From contig CM119371.1 of NCBI GenBank assembly GCA_051294905.1, positions 6,016,001 to 6,076,000 of the forward strand: DNA of 60,000 nucleotides, in the 5' to 3' direction. A program made the position numbers and the translations under genes. This document shows, piece after piece, positions 12,826 to 24,220 of the stretch (the first letter of the stretch is position 1; the number at the start of each line of letters is the position of its first letter). The notes beneath the pieces are model-generated. The model saw only the letters and a list, made by a program, of their open reading frames with translations. It did not search any database and was not told the DNA's origin. Source of the DNA: Botryllus schlosseri. Lineage: Eukaryota.

Positions 12826-14526
12826 GACATTTGGCCGCCGCTCGGCGTTTGGCGTCTGGCGTTTGGCCTCTGAGCGGGTTTAACCCCTACTCAAAAAAGG
12901 ACCACGCAGCATCCACTTCGAAGTCAGCTTTGTGCTTGCACAAATTGTAAAATGATTTTCTGTTTTTGTTCTGGGCAGCGCAACCATCGCTAAAATATTC
13001 CACATTGTCCAAGTTGTGAATTGTACTTTGGAGAACTTTAATTGTCTTTTGCTGAATCAGATACACCATTACTGCATCGTGCAACAACTCTTCCGATAAA
13101 AAGCATAGATTTAAATGCAAAATATAGTTGCTTGCAGACTTGTAGTAGCAAACTACCGGGTGCACAGTGCAGCATTGGTGAGTCCAATGATAGCCTTGCG
13201 CTTCATCTTGAATGTGGAAATAATTTTCCGCAAAATCCATTAATACAAGAGCTGTTTCCTGATCCATATCTTGTTTTCGTTTTTTCAAATATAAAGAATG
13301 CGAAATGTGAGGATGTGGTGCTAAATCTGCAAGCTTTTTTAATATCAACTGAATAAATTCAGTTATGGTTAAGGTTTGAGTTATTAGATCAGTTCGGTCA
13401 ACTGACACCGGACACCCACCGTTTGAACGAAATAAGTTCATCCACATCCTCAAATTTTGAGCCAAGCAATTCCTGAACGGGTTGAAATCCGGGACAGTTT
13501 GGGCAACGCTGTAGCATGCAGTCTCTATTTTCAATATTGCAGACTGCCAATTGAAGCAAATCTTTATAAGTTTCTTCAATGCGGGCAGCATGCAGCAAAA
13601 GAACATCATTTTGATGTATGGTACAGACGCATACGGCATGTGTTCCAGATGATCCTGCACTAACACACCATTTCGGCCTCAATTCACAAAATTTTGTGAA
13701 TCCAATTTTTGCATCCGGGTTTTGCTGTTTATACAGGGTATGGAATTCTTTCAGAGTACATAAAAGTAGACGTTTTTGTTAATACACATTCTTTTTAATG
13801 CTAACTCGGTCTTTCATCCCTGGCATCAACCTGCTATGTTCGTTGTTTTCATAAAATTTCACAACTTTTTCAACTGCTCTTGTTGAAAAGGGGGAGGATT
13901 TTGAATAAATTTGCAAGCTAGCTTCATGGCGCTCTTATGGTATGTTACGATTCAAAAGTAACTAATGTTTTTTTTGTTTTTAAAAGCTCTTGTCAAGAGC
14001 TTTCCAATGATACCTTACACTTGATGACATCACCTAGTCACCAAGAGATATCTGCAATTGAAAATGAAGTCACGTGTGAGTGATTTTCAAAGACATGAAC
14101 AAAATCACAAGGTTAAAGGTCAGACTATGCAACTCCAAGTGTCGAAGAAATCGAAAAAGTATCAAGCAGGATATAAATGAACAAGTGTGTAAGTGTCACT
14201 CTCAACAACCCTAATTTGACCGAAATATAGCAAATTTAAACTACATGTATAAATTTCTGATATTTTTTCCGCTTGAGCGATCACAAAAATAGCAATTTTT
14301 GGACGGTCGTAGCTTCGGTTCAAGATGACCTTTTTTGATGAAATTTGATTTTCTGAAATCAGAAAACACAGCTCTGTAAGGCAGCATATCTTCATGACAA
14401 TCCAAGATGGTGGAAATATGGCCTGTATCACCTGACATGATCTGACCCCGCCCCAAAGATGCCACTGGAATATTTCGGAAAAACCCACATGTGGAGGCCT
14501 AAATAAACGAGGAGGGTTGGTGCGAT

Positions 14527-15281
14527 GACATGCAAAATAAGGTCAAAAACATGCAAAATAAGGTCAGTCGCGACATGCAAAATAAGGTCAGTCCGCACAT
14601 AAATCCAAATCTATACTCCAATTACAAATCCAACTTTTTTCCTACGAAAAATAAATTCAAATTATCTTTCCTGTATAGTAGCCTATAGTTTCAACATTGA
14701 AATTCCTTATCTATATTCCAAATCTTAAGATTTTTCAATCAAAAGATAATCATGATTATCTTGATTACGAAGTCAGTCGCATGTAGAATATTATTATCGG
14801 TCCGCGCATAAATCCAAATCAATACTTCAATTACAAATCCACAAATCCACAAATTCAAAATATCTTTCAGACTATATAGTAATTTCACGATTGACATTCC
14901 CCATCTATATCCTAAATCTGAAGATGTTTCAACAAAATGTAATCAGACGATTATTACAATTACGAGAGATGAGTCGCATGTAGAATATAAAGAGTCCGCG
15001 TATAAATCCAAATGTTTACTTCAAATCCTACTGTTTTCTTATGCCACTGACCTTATTTTGCAATCTGCATGTGGCGACTGACCGTATTTCGCATGCGACT
15101 GACCTTATTTTGCATGTGACTGATCTTATTCTGCATGTCGCGACTGACCTTATTTTGCATGCGACTGACCTTATTTTGCATGTGACGGACCTTATTTTGC
15201 ATGTCGAGACTGACCTTATTTTGCATGCGACTGACCTTATTTTGCATGTGACTGATCTTATTCTGCATGTCGCGACTGACC
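14527..15281. repeat. 21/24-bp minisatellite (15046-15281) with inverted copies at 14527-14594 and ~200-bp degenerate units between them
   Basis: Units gaccttattttgcatgcgact; inverse catgcaaaataaggtc; gtccgc..ataaatccaaat recurs near 14591, 14800 and 14993. Confidence 0.85.
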
Positions 15282-15519
15282 TATCGATCTCGCTTCCCAT
15301 GACATGCCGCCCTATTTCTTGTCGCTTTCTTTTTCTATACTATCTTCTTTACTTCATTCAGTGTGCATGCCTCCTCTTTACATCGCCTAGGCCAAGGTGG
15401 GTGTCAGATTCCATAGACAACCTAGTCGCTTCGACATCTTCCTTTCTTTCATTGTATCGCATTTTTGCGGTGTATTGAACTGATAAAATTGCTAATAAAC
15501 CAATGATGATGATGATGAG
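15274..15519 (+). mobile_element. 3' tail of a LINE or SINE ending in AATAAA and (GAT)n
   Basis: Highly similar second copy at 22278-22532. Confidence 0.7.
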
Positions 15520-17357
15520 ATAAATATGAAGTCAATTCGCTCGGGATTGCATCTAGTTGTATTTTATAGTTGCGATCGTTTTTTCTAGCGTCTCTAAAAG
15601 TGAATTAATGTTATATTAGGCAAAACGTACCGATATTCCAGTCGGGCTAACAGTAACAGAGATGGTGCATGGGCTTCTAGTTCCAGTTCTAGTTTTCTAG
15701 TCTGTCTAGTTATGAATGAAGTTTGTTATGCATATTTTTTGCGACAATAAAACAATTTCATGATGTAAGTTATTTTTGAACAACCCTATTAGACCATATC
15801 AGTCTCAGTATCTGTTAATGCACAATATTTCTTTTCGCAGGTTGATTTGTGTTTGGTTTCACGATATTGTAGCATAAAGTTAACCATTGCTACTAAAAAG
15901 ATCCCCAGAGTCTTGTGCGATGGAAACAATATGCGATTGGTCCCTTTCTTGGCGAATGGGGATTTGCAAAATGCTGTGAAATCACTGAAGTCAAAACAAA
16001 AGAAGTTTCCGCTTGTGAAATTGTGCCTAAGGTGAGTCACGTTTGTTGACACAAGGGATCTATGTGACTGATATATGTTGTATCCATCATTGCCTTCTTT
16101 TGTGAACTCTTGTGAAAACAAGGATTTGGTCTGATGCTTGCAAGTTATCATACTCGCAAGTCAATCTAACATAAAACAAACCATATCTCTTTGGAACGCG
16201 TGCGTTGGTAATACCTCCTGATCCTTCAATTCAGCTTCAAGTCCTAGTTCAAAATACATTCCGCCCAGGCCCTAAGTCCACGTACTGAACTGCTCATGTA
16301 TTGTGACATTTTGATTACCGTAGTTTTAGAAGCCCGCTTCCTTCCAAGTCTGGGTTGAAGTGTAGTAGTGTTTGATAATTTTGTTGTTTCTGTCTCTTTT
16401 CTAAACATGCCATATAATACTACATTTGAATACAATGTAAATAGAAAGTAGGGGAGAGTGGGTAGGTATGGGCCACCAAATCTTACAAAGCTATAACTTG
16501 GCCAAACTTGGTCTAATATTCCTAAATTTCGGTATAGACGATCATTAGTTATATGGCTAACTATTACTGGTAGAATTAAGCTAAAATACCCATGCATTTG
16601 GAAGTGACATCAAATTTTGTAACAATACATCATTTTTGTAAATAAAAAATAGGCTACGAGGTATGGGCCGGGGGGGTGGCGAGGTATGAGCCGCTGTCTG
16701 TATTGAATCAATAAATGCAATTCATATCCTACAATCCTCAACTCTTGTCACAGTTACCAACAGTTTGTATATACTGATATAAAGCTGGGCTGGAAGTGGA
16801 CAATTCATATATTTCAATTCCCATATTGATCGTAAGCCATAACGCATAACGAAACAAGACAACTAAAAATATGTTACATGAAAATCATTATCAAACCATG
16901 CTTCTTTCGCCTCAATTACCCCATCAAATCCAAATGTCACAGCTCTATCGCTTATTTAAGTGGGAGTGACAAACCATGATACATATTTGAGCTGATGAGC
17001 ATATGATGACATACTGTGCTAACAAACTTTTCTCCTCTTCATTAAAGACAGTATTGGAAAACGATTTTTAAATCTTTTTCAGGTGAGACTCATCCCCTGT
17101 TTTTCCATATATATACCTGTTTAATGTAGCTCTACCAATTTTGTACTGCATGCTTATCTTTTTGATACCTCCCATGCTTTAACGTTTCATATTGCCAAGA
17201 TCTGATTCTGAAAACTGGCCTTTTTATGAGTTTCATGATTTACTTTCAACTGTTTCAAGTGATTGTATACGGGAGGGATAAGACCAACACCTTCTGTATT
17301 CTAGACGCTGACAACGTTGACGTTGACAACGTTGACGCTGACAACGTGTGATTTCAG

Positions 17358-17527
17358 AGGCCTGTCCCAAGGAGTGTCCCAACGCTTGCGAAGACGGCCA
17401 ATGCGTCTGTCACGAAGAGTGTCTGGGGGGATGCATCGAGTGGAATAACGCGTCCGCGTGTCGGGCGTGCCTACACCGGTATCACAACGGAGAATGCGTC
17501 AGAGATTGCCCAGAAGATACGGACCTG
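17358..17527 (+). CDS. Single exon encoding an insulin/IGF-receptor-family furin-like cysteine-rich segment (orphan in this window)
   Basis: atttcag|AG GCC...GAC CTG|gtgagt; ACPKECPNACEDGQCVCHEECLGGCIEWNNASACRACLHRYHNGECVRDCP follows the CH.ECLG.C....C.AC..Y...G.CV..CP pattern. Confidence 0.75.
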
Positions 17528-18182
17528 GTGAGTTCGCGGTTGCTTGAACGAATTTATCAAGTCGAATTGGGCTGTGCGCGAGGTAGAAAAATCATAGTAG
17601 TGACGATGTAGTGACAATGTCAACGCGATTAGATCTTATCGATGACATCTCGTTGAGATAACCGTGTTTTTTGTTTTTACTCGCAACACCGTGAGTCAAA
17701 TGTAGAGTTAAATGATCGCTTTCTCGGGTAGTTTTAATCGTTATTGTATACCGTTTTAGGAAAATGAGTGGAAGTGCATCACGCGGACCGCGTGCATAGC
17801 GCTGACTTGGATCCCGCACGAGTTTTACGACGAAAAGGAAGGGACGTACACGAAGTAATGTATTTTCAACTGCCCGCCAAACCATCATGACGAGTTTAAC
17901 CCTGTCACCAACGAGGCGTACTGGAAGGACTGCAAATCATCTTGCAATTTAGGTATGGCGTCTGTGTACCATATACCTATATACCATCGCTGCCAGTACT
18001 TATATGATTTACTGCTTTACAACATCACGGCTATAGCATAAGTGTTGGCATAATGCCTAACTCTGACACAGGGAGGCTGTAGGCCAGTGATTCTCAAAAG
18101 TTTTATTTCCAATTGCGAAATGTCTGAGGTTGGAGGCTAGTCCCTTAATTCTAGAATGGGAACGATTTTTAGTATAACATAG

Positions 18183-18599
18183 TAGGGTTACCATACGTCC
18201 TCCTTTAGGAGGACTTGTCCTCCTTTTTAAGGTTTTTGAAAATGTCCTCCGAAGACGCCTAAATGTCCTCCTTTTTGAGATTTTGTCCTCATTTTTGAGA
18301 ATATTTGTTAAATGTCGGGCAAATTCGACTGAGGTACAGTAAATCAGCACTGAACTAACTTTACGGTGGTTATTTCGGGAGTTGAGCCGGAAAGTTGACC
18401 TTTTTTTAGACAACCACCTGATAATTGAAAAGAAAAACTATATTTTGGGCACTGAGCGTGACAGTTGACCTTTTTTTTAGTCAACCTACCACGAAGTGAG
18501 AAAAATTTATCGTTTGTTCAAGACGTTCCTCCGGGATTCTAAGTTTGAAAATTTTGAAAAAGTGACCTCCTTTCCCGAGTCCGAAATATGGCAACCCTA
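18183..18599. mobile_element. MITE with TAGGGTTACCAT TIR; related copy at 26648-26944
   Basis: TAGGGTTACCATA...TATGGCAACCCTA; internal gtcctcct repeats. Confidence 0.75.
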
Positions 18600-20668
18600 A
18601 ATATAGAACCGATAGCCTATACGTCTCATGATGATTTGATACAAGTCTTCGACCATTCTGATTAATGGTAGCCTACAACTCTTGTAAGACCAGGAGAGCT
18701 GATGGACTGATTGTGATATGTGGAAGTTAAGAATGCATTTTAAACAAAACTTGATGAAATTTAATAGTACAATTTACCGACCATTGACATTCTAGTAGAA
18801 TCAGGCTCACAGCGAAGTCTCATTTCGACCAAAAGTAACCCAACAGTAAAATTGAGTTGGTGGTTTTAACAAGACTTTGCCTTGTATAAATGTCGACAGA
18901 ACCACGCGTAACAGTCGTAATATGAAGAAGAAAGCAGAAAAATGTCCCATTCAGTGAAAGTTCTAATCTGAAAATGTTTATGATCACTTGTAATTGTGGT
19001 TTTGGCCGTTTCAGCATATATTCCGAGACCAACTGTCATATATAGCGGATGTGCTTTGAATAATTGCGCATGCGCGCGAGTTCCAAACGGCACTTGACCC
19101 GCGGTGTCTTCATTTTCATCTCACGCGTATATTTCGCGCAAGTCATGGCGGTCTTGTGTTTTCTCAGTTTGCAGAGACGACGAGTACAGGATTCGAGGTG
19201 ACGCTGTCCGCGGGTGTGCATTCCTGGCAAATTGGTGATAAATCATTTGGTCGGAGACTTCTGTTCGATGTTAGGATTCGTGGCTTCCTCGGAGAACTCT
19301 TCGATTCAGAATTCTTCGCAGAGGATGTAAATTCCCCTTCGCTGTCAAATAATAATATGTGGCCGAGCAAAATGCCGATTATACTACTGGGCATTAGGGT
19401 TAGGTTGTCTATAGAAACGATGTTCACCAAATTTGGTTCAATTTCAACCAGTGGAAGTGGAGTTATTGCCGTCGAAAAATTTGGATTATGAATAAAATAG
19501 TGCTTACGGTGACCAATTCTTTAATTTATTTATTATAACATCGTTTCTATTATTCATTTTTATATAATAAATAGAAACTTTCTTCTCCTGTAGCAATGCG
19601 GCTACTGGTTGAAATTGAACCAAATTTGGTGTGTAGGCTTAAATTAGGTAACCTAACTATTTATCAAGTAGCCAGTACGATTTGAGAAAAAAGTCATTTT
19701 GAAGAGCCCTACTGGGCATTGCTATATCAAGCCCTCAGCGTTGTTCTATATAAATTGTTTTATATATTTTTCGCATCCAACAGTAGGCTTCTAATATTAT
19801 AACAAGTTGCCAACTGCTTGCGACGTCGCATTAGTTGAAACTAGGGTTGCATTAAAAACAAACGCCACCCGATATAACCGACGTATACGATATGGAATGG
19901 TTTGAACCCTCGAAATTGTCGGCTCAACAGCTACGTAGATATATAGATCACGGATTCTGACAGGGAATGGAAGCCTATTTCGTCAAAGGAGCTATATTTA
20001 CCCATGTTTTCAATTGTCAATGTCAATTGACTATGACGTCACAAATGAATAATCGTGACGTCATGGCTTAAAAAAAAACTTGTTTTAAACAGGGGCCTTG
20101 ATGTATAACATCAGATATGTCTTGCATTTTATCCAAACTTGGAAGAAAGGTTTATTCTCAGTTGGATAGGGTGACCTTTCATATTTACAATGTTCCGGAT
20201 CGTATTTTAACCACTTGCGTTCTAAATTTAAGTTTGTTGCCTCATGTTTTCGCCAAGCCCTTGCCGTCATGTTACAGTTATGATTACTGGTGTGATCTCA
20301 TAACTCGGAATTAACACAATCAGGTACTCGATTTACCCAGCCTTAATTGCTGTTACTAGCCATCTTGATGAGCAATATTTTTTGTAGCACTTGTCATTTT
20401 CATATGTACTATAAAAATGTAGCAGTTAGTGTCGCGTGGTTATCTCGTTCGAAATATGCAGAATGTTCCTTGATTGTTCAATCATGGGCGTGCCAGAGAG
20501 ATTTTTGTTGCACTTTTGTCGCTCTGAACTGAATAAATAATGTTGATGGTGTTACACGAGCCCGATGCGTACATTGTGCAAGTGATAGAAATGAGAAAGG
20601 CGTCTGTGGTGTGAGTAAGAAGCCATGCGGTATGGGTATAAGCATCACACACCCATGTATCAATTTAA

Positions 20669-21158
20669 AGGGGCACTGCGCTCTAAAAATGATGTGGTCT
20701 CAAATTGAAGGTAAAAACGAACAAAAATTTTTGGCCCCAGCCATTTCCTTCAGAACGCCACCGTAATGGAGCTGCAATTTATTGAAATTTCTACAAGACC
20801 AGCTGCTGCGGCTGCTTAACCCGTTACATGGCACGATATCTTTACCGTCGCACTTGCTCGACGCGATTAGGCAGTCACGCAGAGAACGAATTTTAGATAG
20901 TTGTCAGCCGATGTTATGAAGGAAATGTGTCCAAGTTTCGTTCTCTGCGTGACTGCCGTATCGCGTCGAGAAAGTGCGACGATGAAGACATCGTGCCATG
21001 TAACGGGTTAAGCAGCCGCGGCAGCTGGTCTTGTAGAAATTTCAATAAATTGCAGCTCCATTACGGTGGCGTTCTGAAGGAAATGGCTGGGGCCAAAAAT
21101 TTTTGTTCGTTTTTACCTTCAATTTGAGACCACATCATTTTTAGAGCGCAGTGCCCCT
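20669..21158. mobile_element. Kolobok-like foldback MITE (490 bp, nearly wholly palindromic)
   Basis: TTAA|AGGGGCACTG...CAGTGCCCCT|TTAA; ~225-bp inverted arms. Confidence 0.85.
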
Positions 21159-22025
21159 TTAAGAAACGAACGTACAAGGTATTGATGTTATGTTCGAGAG
21201 GTTATGGGATTCCGGGCATACTGGATATTTAATGTCCGTAGACTGAATGTGCGGTAATTGCTTGTTGGACAATAAGATGTAATCGCGGTGCGTCGCGGAC
21301 AACCAATGTATCGCTTGGCTCAGCAATAACAATTTCGTCAGAAACATTCTCGAAGTCTCGCAGCGAACTTGTGTGATGGTGTGCATTCCAGTATTTTGCC
21401 GTCGAAAACAAAAATTAGGGAGTCCGAATTGATGTCCTTTTTTTAGTCACAATTTTCCCAAAGTGTTGAGGGTGCTGCTAAGTCATAATGGTTGAGAATC
21501 ACAGGCCAGTATAAATTAGACTGCCGTCGTGATTTCAAGCGGCACCTGCACAAAAGCGTTCGGTGATTGACGTAGTTCCGTAGCCATACAACTAGCTAAC
21601 AACCTTGTGTGCAGCTCAATACATCTTCGCTAGATGTAGCTGCCAGAGCAAGATCCTGAGCTCATGTCACATTGTCTGGTCAATAAAAGGAACAACGAAA
21701 AGGCCCTGTGCGACTAGAATATTGCAACACTGTCAATTCCTTGGCGACACCAGAAGTTTCCATCTGAGACACTTATTCTAAACCAGGGGTGGCCAACCTG
21801 CGGCCGTAGAAGGAAATTTGTGCGGCCGTGGACACGTAATTCAATTTGTATGTGTTGGCGGCAGTCGACATGCAATTCGAATTTACGAATTGACTCCCGA
21901 TTTCTTGAGAGATTTTAATTAATCTTGAAATTTTCTTCGCGCTGGGCGCGATTCAATGTGACTTCATTTTTGGATTTTAAGTAGGCTAGCGCCCTTTGCA
22001 ATCAGAGACCCACAGCACAATACAT

Positions 22026-22921
22026 CAGTGTTGGGATCAAGTCACTACCTTCGAGTCACGAGTCACTTCGAGTCATTGTACATTTTGACTCGAGTCAAGT
22101 CAAGTCAATTGACTTTCGAAGGTGACTCGAGTCAAGTCAAGTCACTCGATTTTTGAAGGTGACTCGAGTCAAGTCGAGTCAAGTCAAGTCAAAATTCAAG
22201 TCAAGTTGTCTTTTCGAAGTATTAGACAAGATTACGCCATTGCATTTTTTTTACCATCCTCAAGATTACCGGACCACGACTGACCTATCGATCTCGCTTC
22301 CCATGACATGCCGCCCTATTTCTTGTCGCTTTCTTTTTCTATACCATCTTCTTTACTTTCATTCAGTGTGCATGCCTCCTCTTTACATCGCCTAGCTAGG
22401 CCAAGGTGGGTGTCAGATTCCATAGACTACTCCTTGTCGCTTTGACATCTTCCTGTCTTTTCATTGTATCGCATTTTTTGTGGTGTATTGAACTGATGAA
22501 ATTACTAATAAACCAATGATGATGATGATGAGAACGGAAATGGATATTTTGCATATCAAATTGCTATTAGTTTACGACAACGTAAGCTGTGAGCTTCGAT
22601 CACTGCGTTTGTGGTCAATTAATTAGAAAACAATGGAGGCTCGGTAAAACACACGATCATTGAAGGATTGGTCGCTCTCACGTGTTACAACAGAATTTCG
22701 CGAACAATGCGAACATATGGAAGATACAGTGATTTTTATCGACACTGGTTACTTGATGACTTGAAATTGACTCGTGAATTTTGCTCCGAGTCACGAGTCG
22801 ATCCACATTTCTGAAACGCCGAGTCAAGTCAAGTCATTTTAGCAAAGTGACTCGAGTCAAGTCAAGTCATACGAAAAAGGTGACTCGAGTCAAGTCGATG
22901 ACTCGAGTCATCCCAACACTG
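22026..22921. mobile_element. hAT-type MITE with GACTCGAGTCAAGTC repeats, carrying a LINE tail at 22278-22532
   Basis: TIR CAGTGTTGGGAT...ATCCCAACACTG; 8-bp TSD CAATACAT. Confidence 0.9.
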
Positions 22922-24220
22922 CAATACATATGCGAACAGCAGAGGAAAATGATGCGCCTCGTATAGAAATACCAACTCGGAATCGTGCGCTTCCTCACTA
23001 TATCGAAAATCCGGATTGGAGGTCAAGAAATGCAACTAGAAGAGCATGCAACAAAGTGACCAAGAATAATTGGCCCACCCGAATATGCATCATCATTTAT
23101 AACTTGCTCTAAATTTTCGAAGACATACCCTCCATCAACTCTACCGGTGAATCTGATCACATGGGATGAGAAATAATATGTAAAACTACTAATATTAATG
23201 ACGAAATTCGTGAGTGTATATGAAATTTTTTTTCGCGCTTCACGCGAGTATCATCAATCCCATTGCATAACCGTGACCACTTGCCAATTCAGTGCGCATG
23301 TAAAGCCTATATGATTAAATTAGCCCGGAGCTCAACGGAAATGGACATAATACACTTTAAAAGGGGCATTTTGCGTCCTGCTAGTTCATTACGACTATGC
23401 CCTGGAATGCGGCCGTAGGCTACATGAGCAGATGGAAATGCGGTCGTGAATGGCAAAAAGGTTGGCTACCCGTCCTAAACCAATGGTTCTTGATCTTTAC
23501 CACTTGCGGAACACTTAAGCTAATCAATCTGAAAGCCTTAAAAATCTACCACAATGCGCTATCTACACATCTAATACATTACTAGTGCACAAAATGAACT
23601 GTGCATCATCGGAGTGCTAACAGCCCAAAACCATTACAATATAATTTTCGCACAAAACTAAAACACTATAATTAATACTTGTTGTTAATATTTGTGCTGT
23701 TCCCTTTCAGAAATGCGATGCTTCGCCTTTGCGGGAGTCAGCATCTTGTGCGGTCGAAACGTAACAGCTCGATACAAATTGCTTAATTACAAATGAGCTT
23801 ATCAATATTGGAGATAAATAGGCATTTCAGAACGGCGGGGTTTTGATTACAAACCATATAGCGTACACCACTGCCACACAGCTCGACTGCTGACCGGGCC
23901 TAGTTACCTGAAACCAAATGATGGCCAAAACGGGCAAATCATTTTATCTGTCTTTGACCTCAGTAAACCGCTATATAGGACATCTGTTACGACCCACTGT
24001 ACTAAAAGCAACGATTTGAAAGTTTTTCGACCTGCAGTTCACCACACCCGACAAAAAAACAATCGAACCGATGTAAAAAAAACGAGCAATCTTTATTCTT
24101 TCTCCACATTATTGCAGGAGTCAAAATAACAACGAAATAATATCACGTAAAACCTGTACAGTACGACGCCGCGCGCCGTGCTTCAACGAAATATTGCCAT
24201 CTCCAACGCAACTTCTTCGT

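Larger units (their letters stand above)
9088..12892 (+). mobile_element. Zisupton/KDZ-like DNA transposon, internally deleted (3805 bp)
   Basis: 8-bp TSD AAAAAAGG (9080-9087 and 12893-12900); TIRs AGGGGTTAAACCCGCTCAGAGGCCAAACGCC; subterminal repeats; transposase with zinc fingers and a SWIM-like motif. Confidence 0.8.
8402..13880 (-). pseudogene. Sola-like (probably Sola2) DNA transposase pseudogene, split by an insertion at 9088-12892
   Basis: CVCTIHQN...MDFAENY...QGYHW...YFSDGCAAQNKN...AAWSFF (ORFs 13398-13682 and 12887-13666, frameshifted) continues as ATSHGKSPCDGIGGTVKR below 9080; the subgroup call rests on remembered motifs. Confidence 0.75.

Noticed and set aside
12541..12873. Repetitive Arg-rich ORFs on both strands
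   Set aside because: Translation of the 42-bp subterminal repeats
15028..15478. Heptad-like repetitive ORFs
   Set aside because: Produced by the 21/24-bp minisatellite and open in several frames on both strands
15841..16031. Exon-like segment with FLANGDL, vaguely like a tyrosine kinase
   Set aside because: No other kinase motifs, and it lies upstream of the furin-like exon, the wrong order for an insulin receptor
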